Source of the DNA: Acutalibacteraceae bacterium
Lineage (GTDB): Bacteria; Bacillota; Clostridia; Oscillospirales; Acutalibacteraceae
Reading direction: 5' to 3'
Length of the DNA stretch: 62,282 bases
Assembly: GCA_045592665.1 (NCBI GenBank)
Contig: JAZNVE010000148.1
Coordinates: 1 to 62,282, forward strand
Below the pieces are notes generated by a model. It searched no databases. It saw only the letters and a program-made list of their open reading frames with translations, and had not been told where the DNA came from. How positions within the stretch are numbered: the first letter of the stretch is position 1; the number at the start of each line of letters is the position of its first letter. This document shows, piece after piece, positions 52,710 through 62,282 of the stretch. Both the position numbers and the translations under genes were made by a program.

Positions 52710-54161
52710 TTATTTCAAAGGTGAAAGAGCAAGTGAATCATCCGCAATCATAAACTGAGGATACTGTTCAAAGGTATTTACATCGGGCTGAACTTCACTT
52801 TCAAGAAGCGTAAATGTAAAGTCGCTGAAGCCCGTACCGTAATCTGCGGCAACATGGGGTGCATCCTTTACAAACCATGTATTATCGGGGAATAGTGCCG
52901 TTGAAGCATCAATAACCTTGTCGGGTGAAACATATTTATATGGTGCTTTTGCCAACTGGTCCGCGGTAAGAATCTCTCTTAACGGTGCAACGGTTGCAAA
53001 GTTTGAGGTAAGCTCTGTTTCAAGAACACCGTCACCATTCGCATTTGCTTTTGCGTGTACGGGAACAAGTATACCGTTGTAGTTGGACACAAATGAAATT
53101 TTTACACCGCTATCCTTGGCTTGAGTAAGTGTTTCCTCGGTGCTGAAAACAAACGCCTTTGTTTCATCTATCAATTCAAGCAAAACAGGATACTCGTCTT
53201 CGTGACCACCGAATATTGTTTGCACACCACCCTCAAAGGCATCGTCAGGGCAGAGCGCCCAGAATCCGCAAAGGGTACCGAAGCAATCTCGCAAAACTCT
53301 GTCGTTGGCTTCATCAAAGCTTTCGTCAACAATGTTATTTGCAAGCTTTGTAATAAAATCAACCACACCGAGACCGTCAAAAAGGCCCAAAAACAATCTT
53401 AAGAAAATATTGTTGTCGGTTGACTGATAAATAAGGTTAAGAAGTATGTCTTTTTCAAAAACAATTCTTCCGTTCAATGCTTCACCACAAACATAGGTTC
53501 CGTTTTGTGCTCCTGAAAGATAAACTACCGAATCAAGACTGTCTGTTCCGTAATAATACATATAGGCAGTTGTCACCATACCACCCATGGAAGCGCAGAT
53601 TATATTAACCTTATTCTTACCGCTGTCACTTTTTGCGGTATCAATAAAGCCTTTGAGCTCCTCCGCAAGCTTTTCAGGTGTTTTACGCCAGTCATAAGTG
53701 AAGAAATAGGTATTCTCTGCGCCGTATTTTTCAACCGCGGTTTTGATAATACCGATTTCTGCACCATCTGTAAGATTAGAAACAAACTCGGGATAATTTG
53801 CCATTGAACCGGGGTACTGAACCATAGAAACAGGTTCTACGGAATTACCCTCATTGTCACAAGCAAGGGGTGAAAGAATTTCGTAAGCCACATCCAATGC
53901 CGTATCTACAACAATATCATCGTCGATAACATTCATACGAGCAAAAAGCGACTGCATCAAAAGAGGAAAAAGTGTGGTCAAATCCACATTCAAGGCTTTA
54001 CTTCCATTCTCATAGGTAAGACCTGCAAAGTCGATACCTCTTACAATAACTACAGGGGGGCCGTCATAATTTACAGCGCTCTGTCCCTGAGCAAATGCGG
54101 GAATTGTAACGGAAAACACCAAAACAACAGCCAATACTACTGAAACTATCTTTTTCATCCT
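52710..54161 (-). CDS. secreted alpha/beta-hydrolase (lipase/esterase-like)
   Basis: ATG at 54161 after AAGGAG. Signal peptide MKKIVSVVLAVVLVFSVTIPAFA. GxSxG as CASMGG. Confidence 0.8.
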   Translation of the reverse strand, partial: RMKKIVSVVLAVVLVFSVTIPAFAQGQSAVNYDGPPVVIVRGIDFAGLTYENGSKALNVDLTTLFPLLMQSLFARMNVIDDDIVVDTALDVAYEILSPLACDNEGNSVEPVSMVQYPGSMANYPEFVSNLTDGAEIGIIKTAVEKYGAENTYFFTYDWRKTPEKLAEELKGFIDTAKSDSGKNKVNIICASMGGMVTTAYMYYYGTDSLDSVVYLSGAQNGTYVCGEALNGRIVFEKDILLNLIYQSTDNNIFLRLFLGLFDGLGVVDFITKLANNIVDESFDEANDRVLRDCFGTLCGFWALCPDDAFEGGVQTIFGGHEDEYPVLLELIDETKAFVFSTEETLTQAKDSGVKISFVSNYNGILVPVHAKANANGDGVLETELTSNFATVAPLREILTADQLAKAPYKYVSPDKVIDASTALFPDNTWFVKDAPHVAADYGTGFSDFTFTLLESEVQPDVNTFEQYPQFMIADDSLALSPLK

Positions 54162-54254
54162 TATTTCTCCTTTATAAATTACCATAAGGTAATTATACTT
54201 TTATCTTTCAACAAAATCAACTATAATTTGAATCCATACCGTTTTTTCGTTCAC

Positions 54255-54920
54255 TTAAGCGGTCTGCTCCGAATTCTGCTGTTCTGTATAGAATTTATGA
54301 ACATTGATAAACGCACAAATCACGCAGTAAAGAGCGTACACACCGTAAATAAGATAAGTAAGTTGACTTATATCGTTTGACACCATCTGAATATTTAAAA
54401 ACAGTCCCGTAACCGCTTGAAAAATCCACAGATATGTATACTCGATATACGCGAGCATTGTTAATATGGGTACAATGAAACCCAATAAAAACGATACACT
54501 GTCAAATACCGCATATTCATATTTAAGATAATAAAAAACACCCGCGAGAATTGCCCAGAGTGCCAACCCTGAAACACACGAAATTATACGCACCTTTGTT
54601 GACATTCTTTTAAAAACAACAGTCTTTTTATATGCGTTTTTCTTCCAGTTAAAAAAGGTCATTAACTGCAACGGAAAGCTGAAAAGAAAAGCCGATGCCG
54701 CCGAGCCGTAAACACCCATACAGATGTAGGTTACGGTATATAAAACAGCGTTACACGCACCGATTAACGCACCCACACGGTTTGCCTCGGACTGAAAGGA
54801 CATTACAAAAAGGGATACAAACAACGGTAGCATCAGGAAAAAATGTTGCTTTGTTAATATTCCCGATACAAGTATTGCTATGCCCGTGAGTATAATTATA
54901 ATAACTTTTGATTTTTTCAT
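54255..54920 (-). CDS. polytopic membrane protein, possibly a PnuC-like nicotinamide riboside transporter
   Basis: About 7 predicted TM helices and about 220 aa. The PnuC assignment rests only on size, topology and the FFNWKK segment. Confidence 0.5.
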   Translation of the reverse strand: MKKSKVIIIILTGIAILVSGILTKQHFFLMLPLFVSLFVMSFQSEANRVGALIGACNAVLYTVTYICMGVYGSAASAFLFSFPLQLMTFFNWKKNAYKKTVVFKRMSTKVRIISCVSGLALWAILAGVFYYLKYEYAVFDSVSFLLGFIVPILTMLAYIEYTYLWIFQAVTGLFLNIQMVSNDISQLTYLIYGVYALYCVICAFINVHKFYTEQQNSEQTA

Positions 54921-54976
54921 CAAATCACCACTTTATGGCAAATATATTATCACAAACATATAATAATTTCAATTTA

Positions 54977-55081
54977 AATCGGCTTTGCCCCGAAACTGGC
55001 AAATGGCAACTAACAACTGGCAACTTACAATCGGCACGCAGTGCCCCAAAACTCCTCACTCCTAACTCCTCACTCCTAACT
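54977..55081. repeat. structured intergenic element B: 7-nt-period tracts flanking an AATCGGCAC-N3-GTGCCCC hairpin
   Basis: Heptads ctggcaa atggcaa ctaacaa ctggcaa cttacaa at 54996-55030. The motif aatcggcacgcagtgcccc at 55029-55047. Heptads actcctc actccta actcctc actccta at 55051-55078. Confidence 0.5.
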
Positions 55082-55090
55082 AAAAAACTA

Positions 55091-55119
55091 TTTACTTATA
55101 ATAAAACAAGTAGTATAAT
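55091..55119 (+). promoter_or_regulatory. sigma-A-like promoter (TTTACT-N17-TATAAT)
   Basis: Hexamers at 55091-55096 and 55114-55119, upstream of the peptidase gene. Confidence 0.5.
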
Positions 55120-55143
55120 ACTGTGGTAATCTTGCGAAAGGAT

Positions 55144-56610
55144 ATGATTCTAATGATTTTCAAAATTATCGGCATTGCTTTGCTCGTAATTCTTGCGATT
55201 ATTGTTTTATTACTCATAATTGCCGCTTTAAGAGCAGTTAAAATCAAAGCGAAACCCAACACAAATACTCCCGCCATTAATCCTACTGCGGATGAGGCAA
55301 ATGACTATGCTCAGAAACTTTCCGAAATGGTTAAAGTACCCACAATTTCTTTAAGAGGTAACACTGACCTTTCCGAATTTTATAAACTTCACGAGGTTAT
55401 GAAAAATAACTTCCCCCTTATTTTCTCAAAGCTTGAATGTACCGAAATTGAAGGTAACCTTATTTTCCGTTGGGCGGGTAAGGACCCCAACAGAAACGGT
55501 ATTCTCCTTATGGGTCATCAGGACGTTGTTACTGCGGACGAACCCAACTGGGAACGTGACCCCTTCTCAGGTGAAATTGCCGACGGCAACATTCACGGCA
55601 GAGGTGCAATGGACTGTAAATCAACTGTTTTCTCAGAATTTCAGGCTATTGAAGAATTACTCGCCGAAGGTTACGAGCCCCCTTGCGATATCTACCTTGC
55701 AACTGCAGTTGACGAGGAAATCTCAGGTGACGGTGCTCCTAAGCTCGTAAATTATCTTAAATCAAAGGGCGTACACCTTGACGTTGCTATGGACGAGGGC
55801 GGTGCAATTCTTAAAGACCAGCTTCCCACAATGAACGGTTGGTGTGCCGCTATCGGTCTTCTTGAAAAGGGTTATATCGACCTTAAGGTTATTGCTAAGG
55901 GTAAGGGCGGTCACTCCTCCACACCCAAGAGCAACACTCCTCTTGCAAGACTTTCAAAGTTTGTTGCGGATATCGAAAAGGATAAACCCTTCAAAGCCGA
56001 AATCTCAGGTGCAGTTTACGCAATGCTTGACGAAGCGGCACCCTACCTCGGTTTCCCCCTTCGTATGGTTCTGGGTAATATGTGGCTTTTCAAGGGTCTT
56101 CTTACTAAAGTTCTTCCCATGGTTTCACCCATGTGTAACGCTTTCGTAAAAACTACTTTCTGTTGCACTATGGCAGAGGGTTCTCACACACCAAACGTTA
56201 TCCCCTCCGAGGCTTATATAGTTTGCAACTTACGTACATCACCCCATCAGAATGTAGAAGAATCCCTTGCGGTGCTTAAAAAATACGCGGATAAATATGA
56301 CCTTGAGTTTGAAATTATCCACGCACGTAACGCCTCAAACACCGTTGACTACAAGGGCGAGGAATTCGGATACCTTAAGAAATGTCTTAACGAATGTTAT
56401 CCCGATGCGGGTGTTATTCCCTACCTTATGACGGGCGGTACGGACTGCCGTCATTACGAGGAGGTTGCAGATAACTGCTTAAGATTCTGCCCAATTAAAA
56501 TGAGCAATGAACAGTTAGCCGCTATGCACGCCGCCAACGAAAGCATCGGTGTTAAGGAAGTTGCCGACTGCGTAAAATTCTACAAATACTACATTAAAAA
56601 TCACAAATAA
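55144..56610 (+). CDS. membrane-anchored M20-family metallopeptidase
   Basis: N-terminal TM. LLMGHQDVV, HGRGAMDCK and DEEISG motifs. The start could be 55123 (GTG), 55144 or 55153. Confidence 0.85.
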   Translation: MILMIFKIIGIALLVILAIIVLLLIIAALRAVKIKAKPNTNTPAINPTADEANDYAQKLSEMVKVPTISLRGNTDLSEFYKLHEVMKNNFPLIFSKLECTEIEGNLIFRWAGKDPNRNGILLMGHQDVVTADEPNWERDPFSGEIADGNIHGRGAMDCKSTVFSEFQAIEELLAEGYEPPCDIYLATAVDEEISGDGAPKLVNYLKSKGVHLDVAMDEGGAILKDQLPTMNGWCAAIGLLEKGYIDLKVIAKGKGGHSSTPKSNTPLARLSKFVADIEKDKPFKAEISGAVYAMLDEAAPYLGFPLRMVLGNMWLFKGLLTKVLPMVSPMCNAFVKTTFCCTMAEGSHTPNVIPSEAYIVCNLRTSPHQNVEESLAVLKKYADKYDLEFEIIHARNASNTVDYKGEEFGYLKKCLNECYPDAGVIPYLMTGGTDCRHYEEVADNCLRFCPIKMSNEQLAAMHAANESIGVKEVADCVKFYKYYIKNHK

Positions 56611-56616
56611 TAATTT

Positions 56617-56646
56617 AGCCCGTCCGACAATGGACGGGCTTTTTGA
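56617..56646 (+). terminator. intrinsic terminator
   Basis: Stem agcccgtcc/ggacgggct, followed by TTTTT. Confidence 0.75.
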
Positions 56647-56656
56647 CTTTTATGTG

Positions 56657-57325
56657 TTACGGAGTTTGTGTTGTTTCCGGTATGGAAACGGTTGTCTCTG
56701 TTTCATTGGATTCGGGAGCCGCATATTTTTGTTCAAACCAAGCATAAAAATCCTCTGTTGTTTTTCCAATAAGGTTTTCAACTTCCTTTTGAGAATCCTC
56801 TTTATTTGCCGATAGACTTCCTACACCATCGTTTTCCTCAACCACTTCTATAGCACCAGTTTCAGCACCGCTCATATAATATACACTATGCTCGTCAAAA
56901 GCAACTGTATATCGGTTTTTGTTTATCCGACATTCCTCGCTACACTGATGAACGGGATTTAAAAACAGTATGAATGTGCCACTTTTTTTTAATTGCGCGG
57001 CTTTATGAACCACGGTTATAATTTGAGGAATATCATCCTTGCTACTATCAATAACCTCAACCAATGAATAATAAACCCCTTCTCTTTTGACGGTTTCTTT
57101 TTTAAAAAGATCGGTACTTACTAACACGCAAACCGCTGAAGAATCGACAACTTCATTTAATTCCAATGGTTTTTTTATTAGTGAAATAACGTTTTCCTTG
57201 CTTTTTACATAATATATTTCTTCACTATGAATAGTGCTGTTATAATCCCAAACAAAAACACCTATGCTTGTACACACTACAATAATGCAAATCACTAATG
57301 CAATTATCTTTTTTGCTTTTTTCAT
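56657..57325 (-). CDS. N-terminally anchored protein of unknown function
   Basis: RBS AAAGGAGGC. TM IIALVICIIVVCTSIGVFVW. Confidence 0.7.
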   Translation of the reverse strand: MKKAKKIIALVICIIVVCTSIGVFVWDYNSTIHSEEIYYVKSKENVISLIKKPLELNEVVDSSAVCVLVSTDLFKKETVKREGVYYSLVEVIDSSKDDIPQIITVVHKAAQLKKSGTFILFLNPVHQCSEECRINKNRYTVAFDEHSVYYMSGAETGAIEVVEENDGVGSLSANKEDSQKEVENLIGKTTEDFYAWFEQKYAAPESNETETTVSIPETTQTP

Positions 57326-57337
57326 TTTTGCCTCCTT

Positions 57338-59830
57338 TTAATAAACCTGTTTCAAATGCAAAAAATCTCTTTCTTGCGGTCCGGTAACGTTTATCGGATC
57401 TTTATAAATACTATCTACTGATGTAAACATTATACTTCGAACAGATGTGTCGTGTCCTTCGTAACCTAAAGCATGCCCCAATTCATGTGCAACAACCGCC
57501 TTCCATTTCAGTGCACTATTATTTGAGGTCTTCGCTGTCCCATCGTTGCCATTTGTATCCCAAACTATGTATACCGAGCGTTTTGTTGTTGTATATACTG
57601 ATTTCCATCCCGCCGATGAAAGAGCTTGACCCTCATACGTTGCTGTTGTTCCGTTATATCCAATATTAATACAAAACCCTTCTGCTTGTCCGAAGCCTTC
57701 ATCAATACTTAATGCTTCGTTTCTTGTGATTCCTCTTAAATGTATGTTGCATTCATCTGCAGAATCAACGAAGGTATACGAGTAGCCTAAATCTCTCCAA
57801 GACTCCAAAGCATAGTCTGCATATGTTATCAAAGTATTTATAGTTTTTCCGAATCCAGCAGTTTTATCTACAAATATTTTGATTTGATTGTTTTTCAAAT
57901 GGCTAATTTGTGTCGCATCGGAGTACCAGTAATTCAAATAGCCACACGGAGCTGCTTTATAGAAATTCCATTGCTGTTGTGTAACACCGGAATATTCCCA
58001 GGACTGTATATTCGTACCTGCTACATTACTCGGACCACAAACGTCCAATCCTTTATTTTTATTGCCACAAATCGAAAGGATTCTGTATGAGCCGTCTGCA
58101 TTTTTGATTATTCTGAATTTCCTTCTATTTCCTGCTGATGAATCATAAAGACCCACATTCGTCGCATTGCCGGGCTCTGATAACGCAACGCCCATAGCCA
58201 TAGAGGTGTTTGCTGTTGAATAAATCTCATAATAACCATTGCCAATATAATCTACCTTCCAAATTTGGTTTGCGTTACCTTTGGCTGTATATTGAATAAC
58301 ATTTGAGCCAGATGCATACAAGTAGCAATATGGTTTTGCTTCGGGATGGTACTGAGAGCGAATGATATAATTGCCCTCTTCTAATCCTGTATATTCTGTA
58401 TAATTAATGATAATAGACGGTGGATATGAACTATGGTTTGCCGAACAAAAATGCCTACTCGATACTCCTGTATCGAGCATTTTTAATGCAAGTCCGTATC
58501 CTTGAGACTTCCCGCCTTCATTTAAGGCAAATCTCAACCAGTTTCGTATAAATCCAGAAATATCAAAATTATACCAACCTGAATTTGTAACAGTAAGCGT
58601 ACTATACGGTTCGGCATTCAGACTTGGCTTATTATTATAAGTGATTGATGTATTACTCCAGGTTGCCTTTGTGTTATAAACACCAATTTTTGCTGTCGAT
58701 GTTTTTCCCGAACTTTCGTAAACCTTCAAATATGCACTTGTAATGTTCTCGGGCCGTATATATAAATAATTTTGAATATTGTTTATTTTTACAAACCCGA
58801 TACCCTCTCCGTATGTTGAGCCATGATAACCCACCACATTATATGTATTAGAATTAAAATTTGTACTTGGATAACCACTGAAAACCGGTGCGTCATAAAT
58901 TGGATCTGCATTGAATGTAATAGTTGGATCTACAATTACAGGATAAACGGTTGTTGTTGCCTTCAAAAAATTATCGTCTAAAATAATTCTGAGAATATAG
59001 GTGCTATCTTCTATTAATTCTAACTCTATGTGATTAAACAAAGATGTGTTGTATGTTGTTGCAGAAGCAGAATCCCTCATATCAATCTGACTGATAGCCG
59101 CAACTTGTTCTCCGGTCTCTTTATCTCTTAAAGGTATTGAATCGCCCGTTAAATATACCGGTTGTAAATTCTCTAAGTCTATTTTAAATTCAAATATATT
59201 TCTGTCAGGACATTCGTTTAAAATTATCTCCTCTTTTACGCCATTGGAAATAGGTGAATAAGAAATGTCAACGCTTTCCCCGAAAACCGAGTAATAAAGA
59301 ACCTTATCTTTTCCTGATAACGTCGGCCTTGAAAACAATTTGTTGCTATATTCATCTGTTATATTCGGGGAACATTCCACACTATATTTTCCATTCTCAA
59401 CCGAAATTCCGTCTGATATTTGTTTGGGATAAAAAGATTTGACCGGAGTTGTTTCGCACTTATAAAAATATTCGGATACAAGCTGCTCTAAAATCGATGT
59501 CGATTTTATTGATATATCAATAAACTTTATTTCATCTTCCTCAATATACTTAATTGGCGTTTGGTACAATTCAACCGTTTTAGTTCCGTCATTATTATTT
59601 GTAGTAACAGAAAATAAATTTTGATCATATATATCTAACGATTCTGCTTTTTTGTTTGCTTTGTATGATTCATAAATATATTCTGGAAGTTCTTCAACCG
59701 TGCCACCATATTTAATATCGGAAACTGATTTTTGTGTATAGTTGTCAGACGCATTAACCCATATATTTAGACAGCTTAAACACAAAGAAAAAACAATTAG
59801 CATTGAAATAAATTTACATTTTATTTTCAT
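57338..59830 (-). CDS. secreted multidomain metzincin metalloprotease with a ricin-type beta-trefoil lectin domain
   Basis: Signal peptide. YPVIVDPT-type N-terminal region. Q-x-W repeats (NQIWKV, QQQWNF). HELGHALGYEGH zinc site with an SIMF Met-turn. Confidence 0.8.
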   Translation of the reverse strand: MKIKCKFISMLIVFSLCLSCLNIWVNASDNYTQKSVSDIKYGGTVEELPEYIYESYKANKKAESLDIYDQNLFSVTTNNNDGTKTVELYQTPIKYIEEDEIKFIDISIKSTSILEQLVSEYFYKCETTPVKSFYPKQISDGISVENGKYSVECSPNITDEYSNKLFSRPTLSGKDKVLYYSVFGESVDISYSPISNGVKEEIILNECPDRNIFEFKIDLENLQPVYLTGDSIPLRDKETGEQVAAISQIDMRDSASATTYNTSLFNHIELELIEDSTYILRIILDDNFLKATTTVYPVIVDPTITFNADPIYDAPVFSGYPSTNFNSNTYNVVGYHGSTYGEGIGFVKINNIQNYLYIRPENITSAYLKVYESSGKTSTAKIGVYNTKATWSNTSITYNNKPSLNAEPYSTLTVTNSGWYNFDISGFIRNWLRFALNEGGKSQGYGLALKMLDTGVSSRHFCSANHSSYPPSIIINYTEYTGLEEGNYIIRSQYHPEAKPYCYLYASGSNVIQYTAKGNANQIWKVDYIGNGYYEIYSTANTSMAMGVALSEPGNATNVGLYDSSAGNRRKFRIIKNADGSYRILSICGNKNKGLDVCGPSNVAGTNIQSWEYSGVTQQQWNFYKAAPCGYLNYWYSDATQISHLKNNQIKIFVDKTAGFGKTINTLITYADYALESWRDLGYSYTFVDSADECNIHLRGITRNEALSIDEGFGQAEGFCINIGYNGTTATYEGQALSSAGWKSVYTTTKRSVYIVWDTNGNDGTAKTSNNSALKWKAVVAHELGHALGYEGHDTSVRSIMFTSVDSIYKDPINVTGPQERDFLHLKQVY

Positions 59831-60264
59831 ATTTATACCTCCATTTTATATCTTTTTATAAATTTTATCAAGTTCTATATACATTGGTATCTCCTCTTTT
59901 CAATAATTTTTCAAGATAAACGTCTTATAATTAAAGCAAAATTTTTCCTTTTTATGCCTCTGTATATATATGACTATTTTTGAAAAAAACTACACAAATT
60001 TTCCTGTTTTTCTTGTTTTTTGTAGCCATGCACAAAAGCACGCTCTGCTTTTCGGACTTTTTTAACAAACAAATACACATCTGCTCCTAAAGTACTATTT
60101 AAAATTTGCATTTAATACATTATTATGTTAATATATTTTCCTCAAATGATTTTTGAAAACAGTTGACTAATCTACACAGTCACTCATTACCGATGGCAGA
60201 AAAAATCATATTTAAATCAAAATTCTCAAGATAGTAAATTAATTTTAAAAAGGGTTTTTAATTT

Positions 60265-61578
60265 ATGACAAACACATTTTCCCAATTTCTTTCTAAAACA
60301 CTCACTTCGGTTTTCGGGTTTTGTTTTTTACCCTCGGGTATTAAAAACGGTCTTACTTCCAAAAAGGTAAATACGCCCGAGGATTTTAAGCCCGTGCTCC
60401 GCTTTGCGGTATGCTCCGATATCCACCTAAACGGCGAAGAAAATCAGGAAGCCGCCACAAGGCTCAGAAATTTATTTGAGGATATGTATAAATTCTCCGA
60501 AAGTAAATCCTACAAAAACTTTGATGCAATTGTTGTTGCGGGTGACTTCACGGGTGGCGGTGCTGAAAAAGAATACGAGATTTTCAACAAAATAATTGCA
60601 GAAAACAAACGAGAAGAAACTCAGTTACTTATAGTCCTCGGTAACCACGAATTTATTAATTACCGCGACGTAGACGCAACTGTTGGCTATAAGGTTTATA
60701 AGAAATACATAAGTGAAAATGTTGATACGGATGTAGTTTTAAACGGCTATCATTTTATCGGTGTTTCCTACGACGATAACGGTAAAACATTCACGGGTAA
60801 AATAAACTGGTTGGAAGAAAAACTTTACAATGCTACTCAGGAAAACCCCGAAAAGCCTATTTTCGTCTACCAACATCCCGCCCCCACTTTAACAGTTTAC
60901 GGTAGTGGTAACTGGGGCGATATGACTATGAGAAAAGTTCTGAACAAATACCCTCAGGTTGTGGATTTTTCGGGTCACTCACACTACGCTCCCTCGGACC
61001 CCCGAAGTGTATGGCAGGGTGCATTTACCGCCGTTGGTTGCGGGTCATTAAGTGCATTTATGGGTAACCTTAACTATATCGAGGGTGACCAGGATGCTCC
61101 CGGTGAATCGGGCGGTGCGTGGCTTTGCGAAGTTGACGCCGAGGGCAACGTAAGTATGAAGCTTTACGATATTGCTAACAGAATATTCTTCGAAAATATT
61201 GATTATTACTTTACTAATTTAAGTAAATCTTCAAAAAGAGCATACACCTGGAGTCAGCAAAAATCCCTTGACACTAAACCCAAATTCCCCGAAAACGCAA
61301 AAATTGCAACCACAGTTAACGAAAATGGTGAAACAGTACTCACCTTCCCCGAAGCAAAGGGTTTTTATCCCGCCGAAAACTACAAAATCGCAGTAACAAG
61401 CGGGAATAAAAAGGTTTTTGAAAAAACAGTTATTTCGGAATACGTAAGAGCCACAAACGAGGATGTAAAAGTTAACCTCGGCACTCTCGAAAAGGGAAAT
61501 TACGCGGTTAAAATCACCGCTTACAGTCCCTACGCTAAAAAAGGACAAACATTAAAAAGTATGGAAACAATCAATTAA
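60265..61578 (+). CDS. calcineurin-like metallophosphoesterase with a C-terminal Ig-like domain
   Basis: CSDIHL, AGDFTGGG, LGNHE and GHSHY motifs. Confidence 0.85.
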   Translation: MTNTFSQFLSKTLTSVFGFCFLPSGIKNGLTSKKVNTPEDFKPVLRFAVCSDIHLNGEENQEAATRLRNLFEDMYKFSESKSYKNFDAIVVAGDFTGGGAEKEYEIFNKIIAENKREETQLLIVLGNHEFINYRDVDATVGYKVYKKYISENVDTDVVLNGYHFIGVSYDDNGKTFTGKINWLEEKLYNATQENPEKPIFVYQHPAPTLTVYGSGNWGDMTMRKVLNKYPQVVDFSGHSHYAPSDPRSVWQGAFTAVGCGSLSAFMGNLNYIEGDQDAPGESGGAWLCEVDAEGNVSMKLYDIANRIFFENIDYYFTNLSKSSKRAYTWSQQKSLDTKPKFPENAKIATTVNENGETVLTFPEAKGFYPAENYKIAVTSGNKKVFEKTVISEYVRATNEDVKVNLGTLEKGNYAVKITAYSPYAKKGQTLKSMETIN

Positions 61579-61585
61579 TCAACTA

Positions 61586-61617
61586 ACCCGACAGTTAATC
61601 TGTCGGGTATTTTATTT
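61586..61617. terminator. terminator hairpin between convergent genes
   Basis: Stem acccgacag/ctgtcgggt, followed by ATTTTATTT. Confidence 0.7.
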
Positions 61618-62282
61618 CTTCAAATCATCCGTTGCAGGGTTGTCTATAAGTTCGCCCTCCTCGGTAAAACGCGAACCGTGGCAGGGACAATCCCAGGAAT
61701 GTTCCTCTTTATTATATTTTAATGCACACCCGAGATGGGGACATCGGGGTGTAGTAGGGGTAATGAGTCCGCACACCGAGTGAAAAACATTGGCAAATAG
61801 TTTGGGGTGAAGTACCGAGCGACTTGGTGCAAAAACATCCTCGTAAGGGTTTTTCTTTCCCGTAACCATATCACTCAGGATATCCGCCGCCACTACGGAT
61901 GATGTCATACCCCATTTATTAAAGCCCGTTGCAACGTAAATATCCTCAGAAAAGTCCGAGTATTTTCCTATATAGGGAATACCGTCAAGGCTCATACAGT
62001 CCTGAGTTGCGAAACGATAGCGAATTTCCGAATTCGGGAAATTTTCTTTGCAAAAATTCTCCGCAATTGAGTATCCCTCGCTGTTTTTACCCGTCCTGTG
62101 ACCTCCGCCACCGACTAAAAGAAAATTTTTATAATTCCTGAATGATAAACTTCTGCCCTTATCCTCAAGATACATTCCGTTTATATTTTCGTCTCTCTCA
62201 ATTGCTACAACATACGAGCGGTCCTGATACAGTTTAACGGAGTAACCCCCGTGTTTATTAAGTATGGGGAAATGGGTTGCCA
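61612..62282 (-). CDS. FAD-dependent oxidoreductase with a C-terminal Rieske [2Fe-2S] domain; partial, N-terminus beyond the window end
   Basis: CPHLGC...CPCHGSRF Rieske motif. Hand translation upstream of the track start (62175) stays open to base 62282. Confidence 0.8.
   Translation of the reverse strand, partial: ATHFPILNKHGGYSVKLYQDRSYVVAIERDENINGMYLEDKGRSLSFRNYKNFLLVGGGGHRTGKNSEGYSIAENFCKENFPNSEIRYRFATQDCMSLDGIPYIGKYSDFSEDIYVATGFNKWGMTSSVVAADILSDMVTGKKNPYEDVFAPSRSVLHPKLFANVFHSVCGLITPTTPRCPHLGCALKYNKEEHSWDCPCHGSRFTEEGELIDNPATDDLKK

Noticed and set aside
1-62282. A search by eye for tRNA, rRNA or other classical RNA genes.
   Set aside because: The intergenic spaces are short. The longer ones (19898-20207, 39127-39353, 44339-44656, 54921-55143, 59831-60264) show promoters, terminators or the repeat elements, but no cloverleaf-like or rRNA-like sequence that I could recognise.

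Overview
This looks like a low-GC Firmicutes/Clostridia-type chromosomal window. I found no rRNA, tRNA, CRISPR array, integrase or transposase. All family names below come from motifs read by eye; no search was run.

The centre (about 6.7-39.2 kb, all minus strand) is a type VIIb-like secretion island.
- A consensus TTGACA-N17-TATAAT promoter at about 39.2 kb heads a tightly coupled operon. In order it encodes an FHA protein with a 54-nt tandem Pro-rich repeat, a PP2C phosphatase, a Hanks Ser/Thr kinase, two small membrane proteins, a 2110-aa Ig-repeat surface protein, a second FHA protein, a receiver-ParA/MinD-like ATPase, a YukD/EsaB-like protein and a 1503-aa EssC.
- Downstream come esxA (WXG100) and four effector modules. 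Each module starts with small helical Lap-like genes, and each sits behind a copy of a conserved promoter-like box.
- The effectors are: an LXG / glycine-zipper / WHH-nuclease toxin with SMI1-KNR4 immunity and DUF4176; an all-helical LXG-like protein with no toxin domain or immunity gene; an LXG-like papain-fold peptidase with a lipoprotein immunity candidate; and an LXG-less lipase+peptidase preceded by a stand-alone LXG-N-terminus-like 97-aa protein.
- I could not recognise EsaA, EssA or EssB. The kinase/phosphatase/FHA/ParA set may be an undescribed alternative core and regulatory layer for this secretion system.

Flanks:
- Left: a secreted repeat protein, a zinc-ribbon/LRR protein, two HTH-like paralogs, a degenerate kinase and a WG-repeat/OmpA lipoprotein.
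- Right: a glnA operon that also carries a KptA-like gene and an SGNH-FHA-kinase fusion; housekeeping enzymes; a 2-hydroxyacyl-CoA-dehydratase-like cluster; secreted hydrolases; an M20 peptidase; a metzincin with a ricin lectin domain; a metallophosphoesterase; and a partial FAD/Rieske oxidoreductase.
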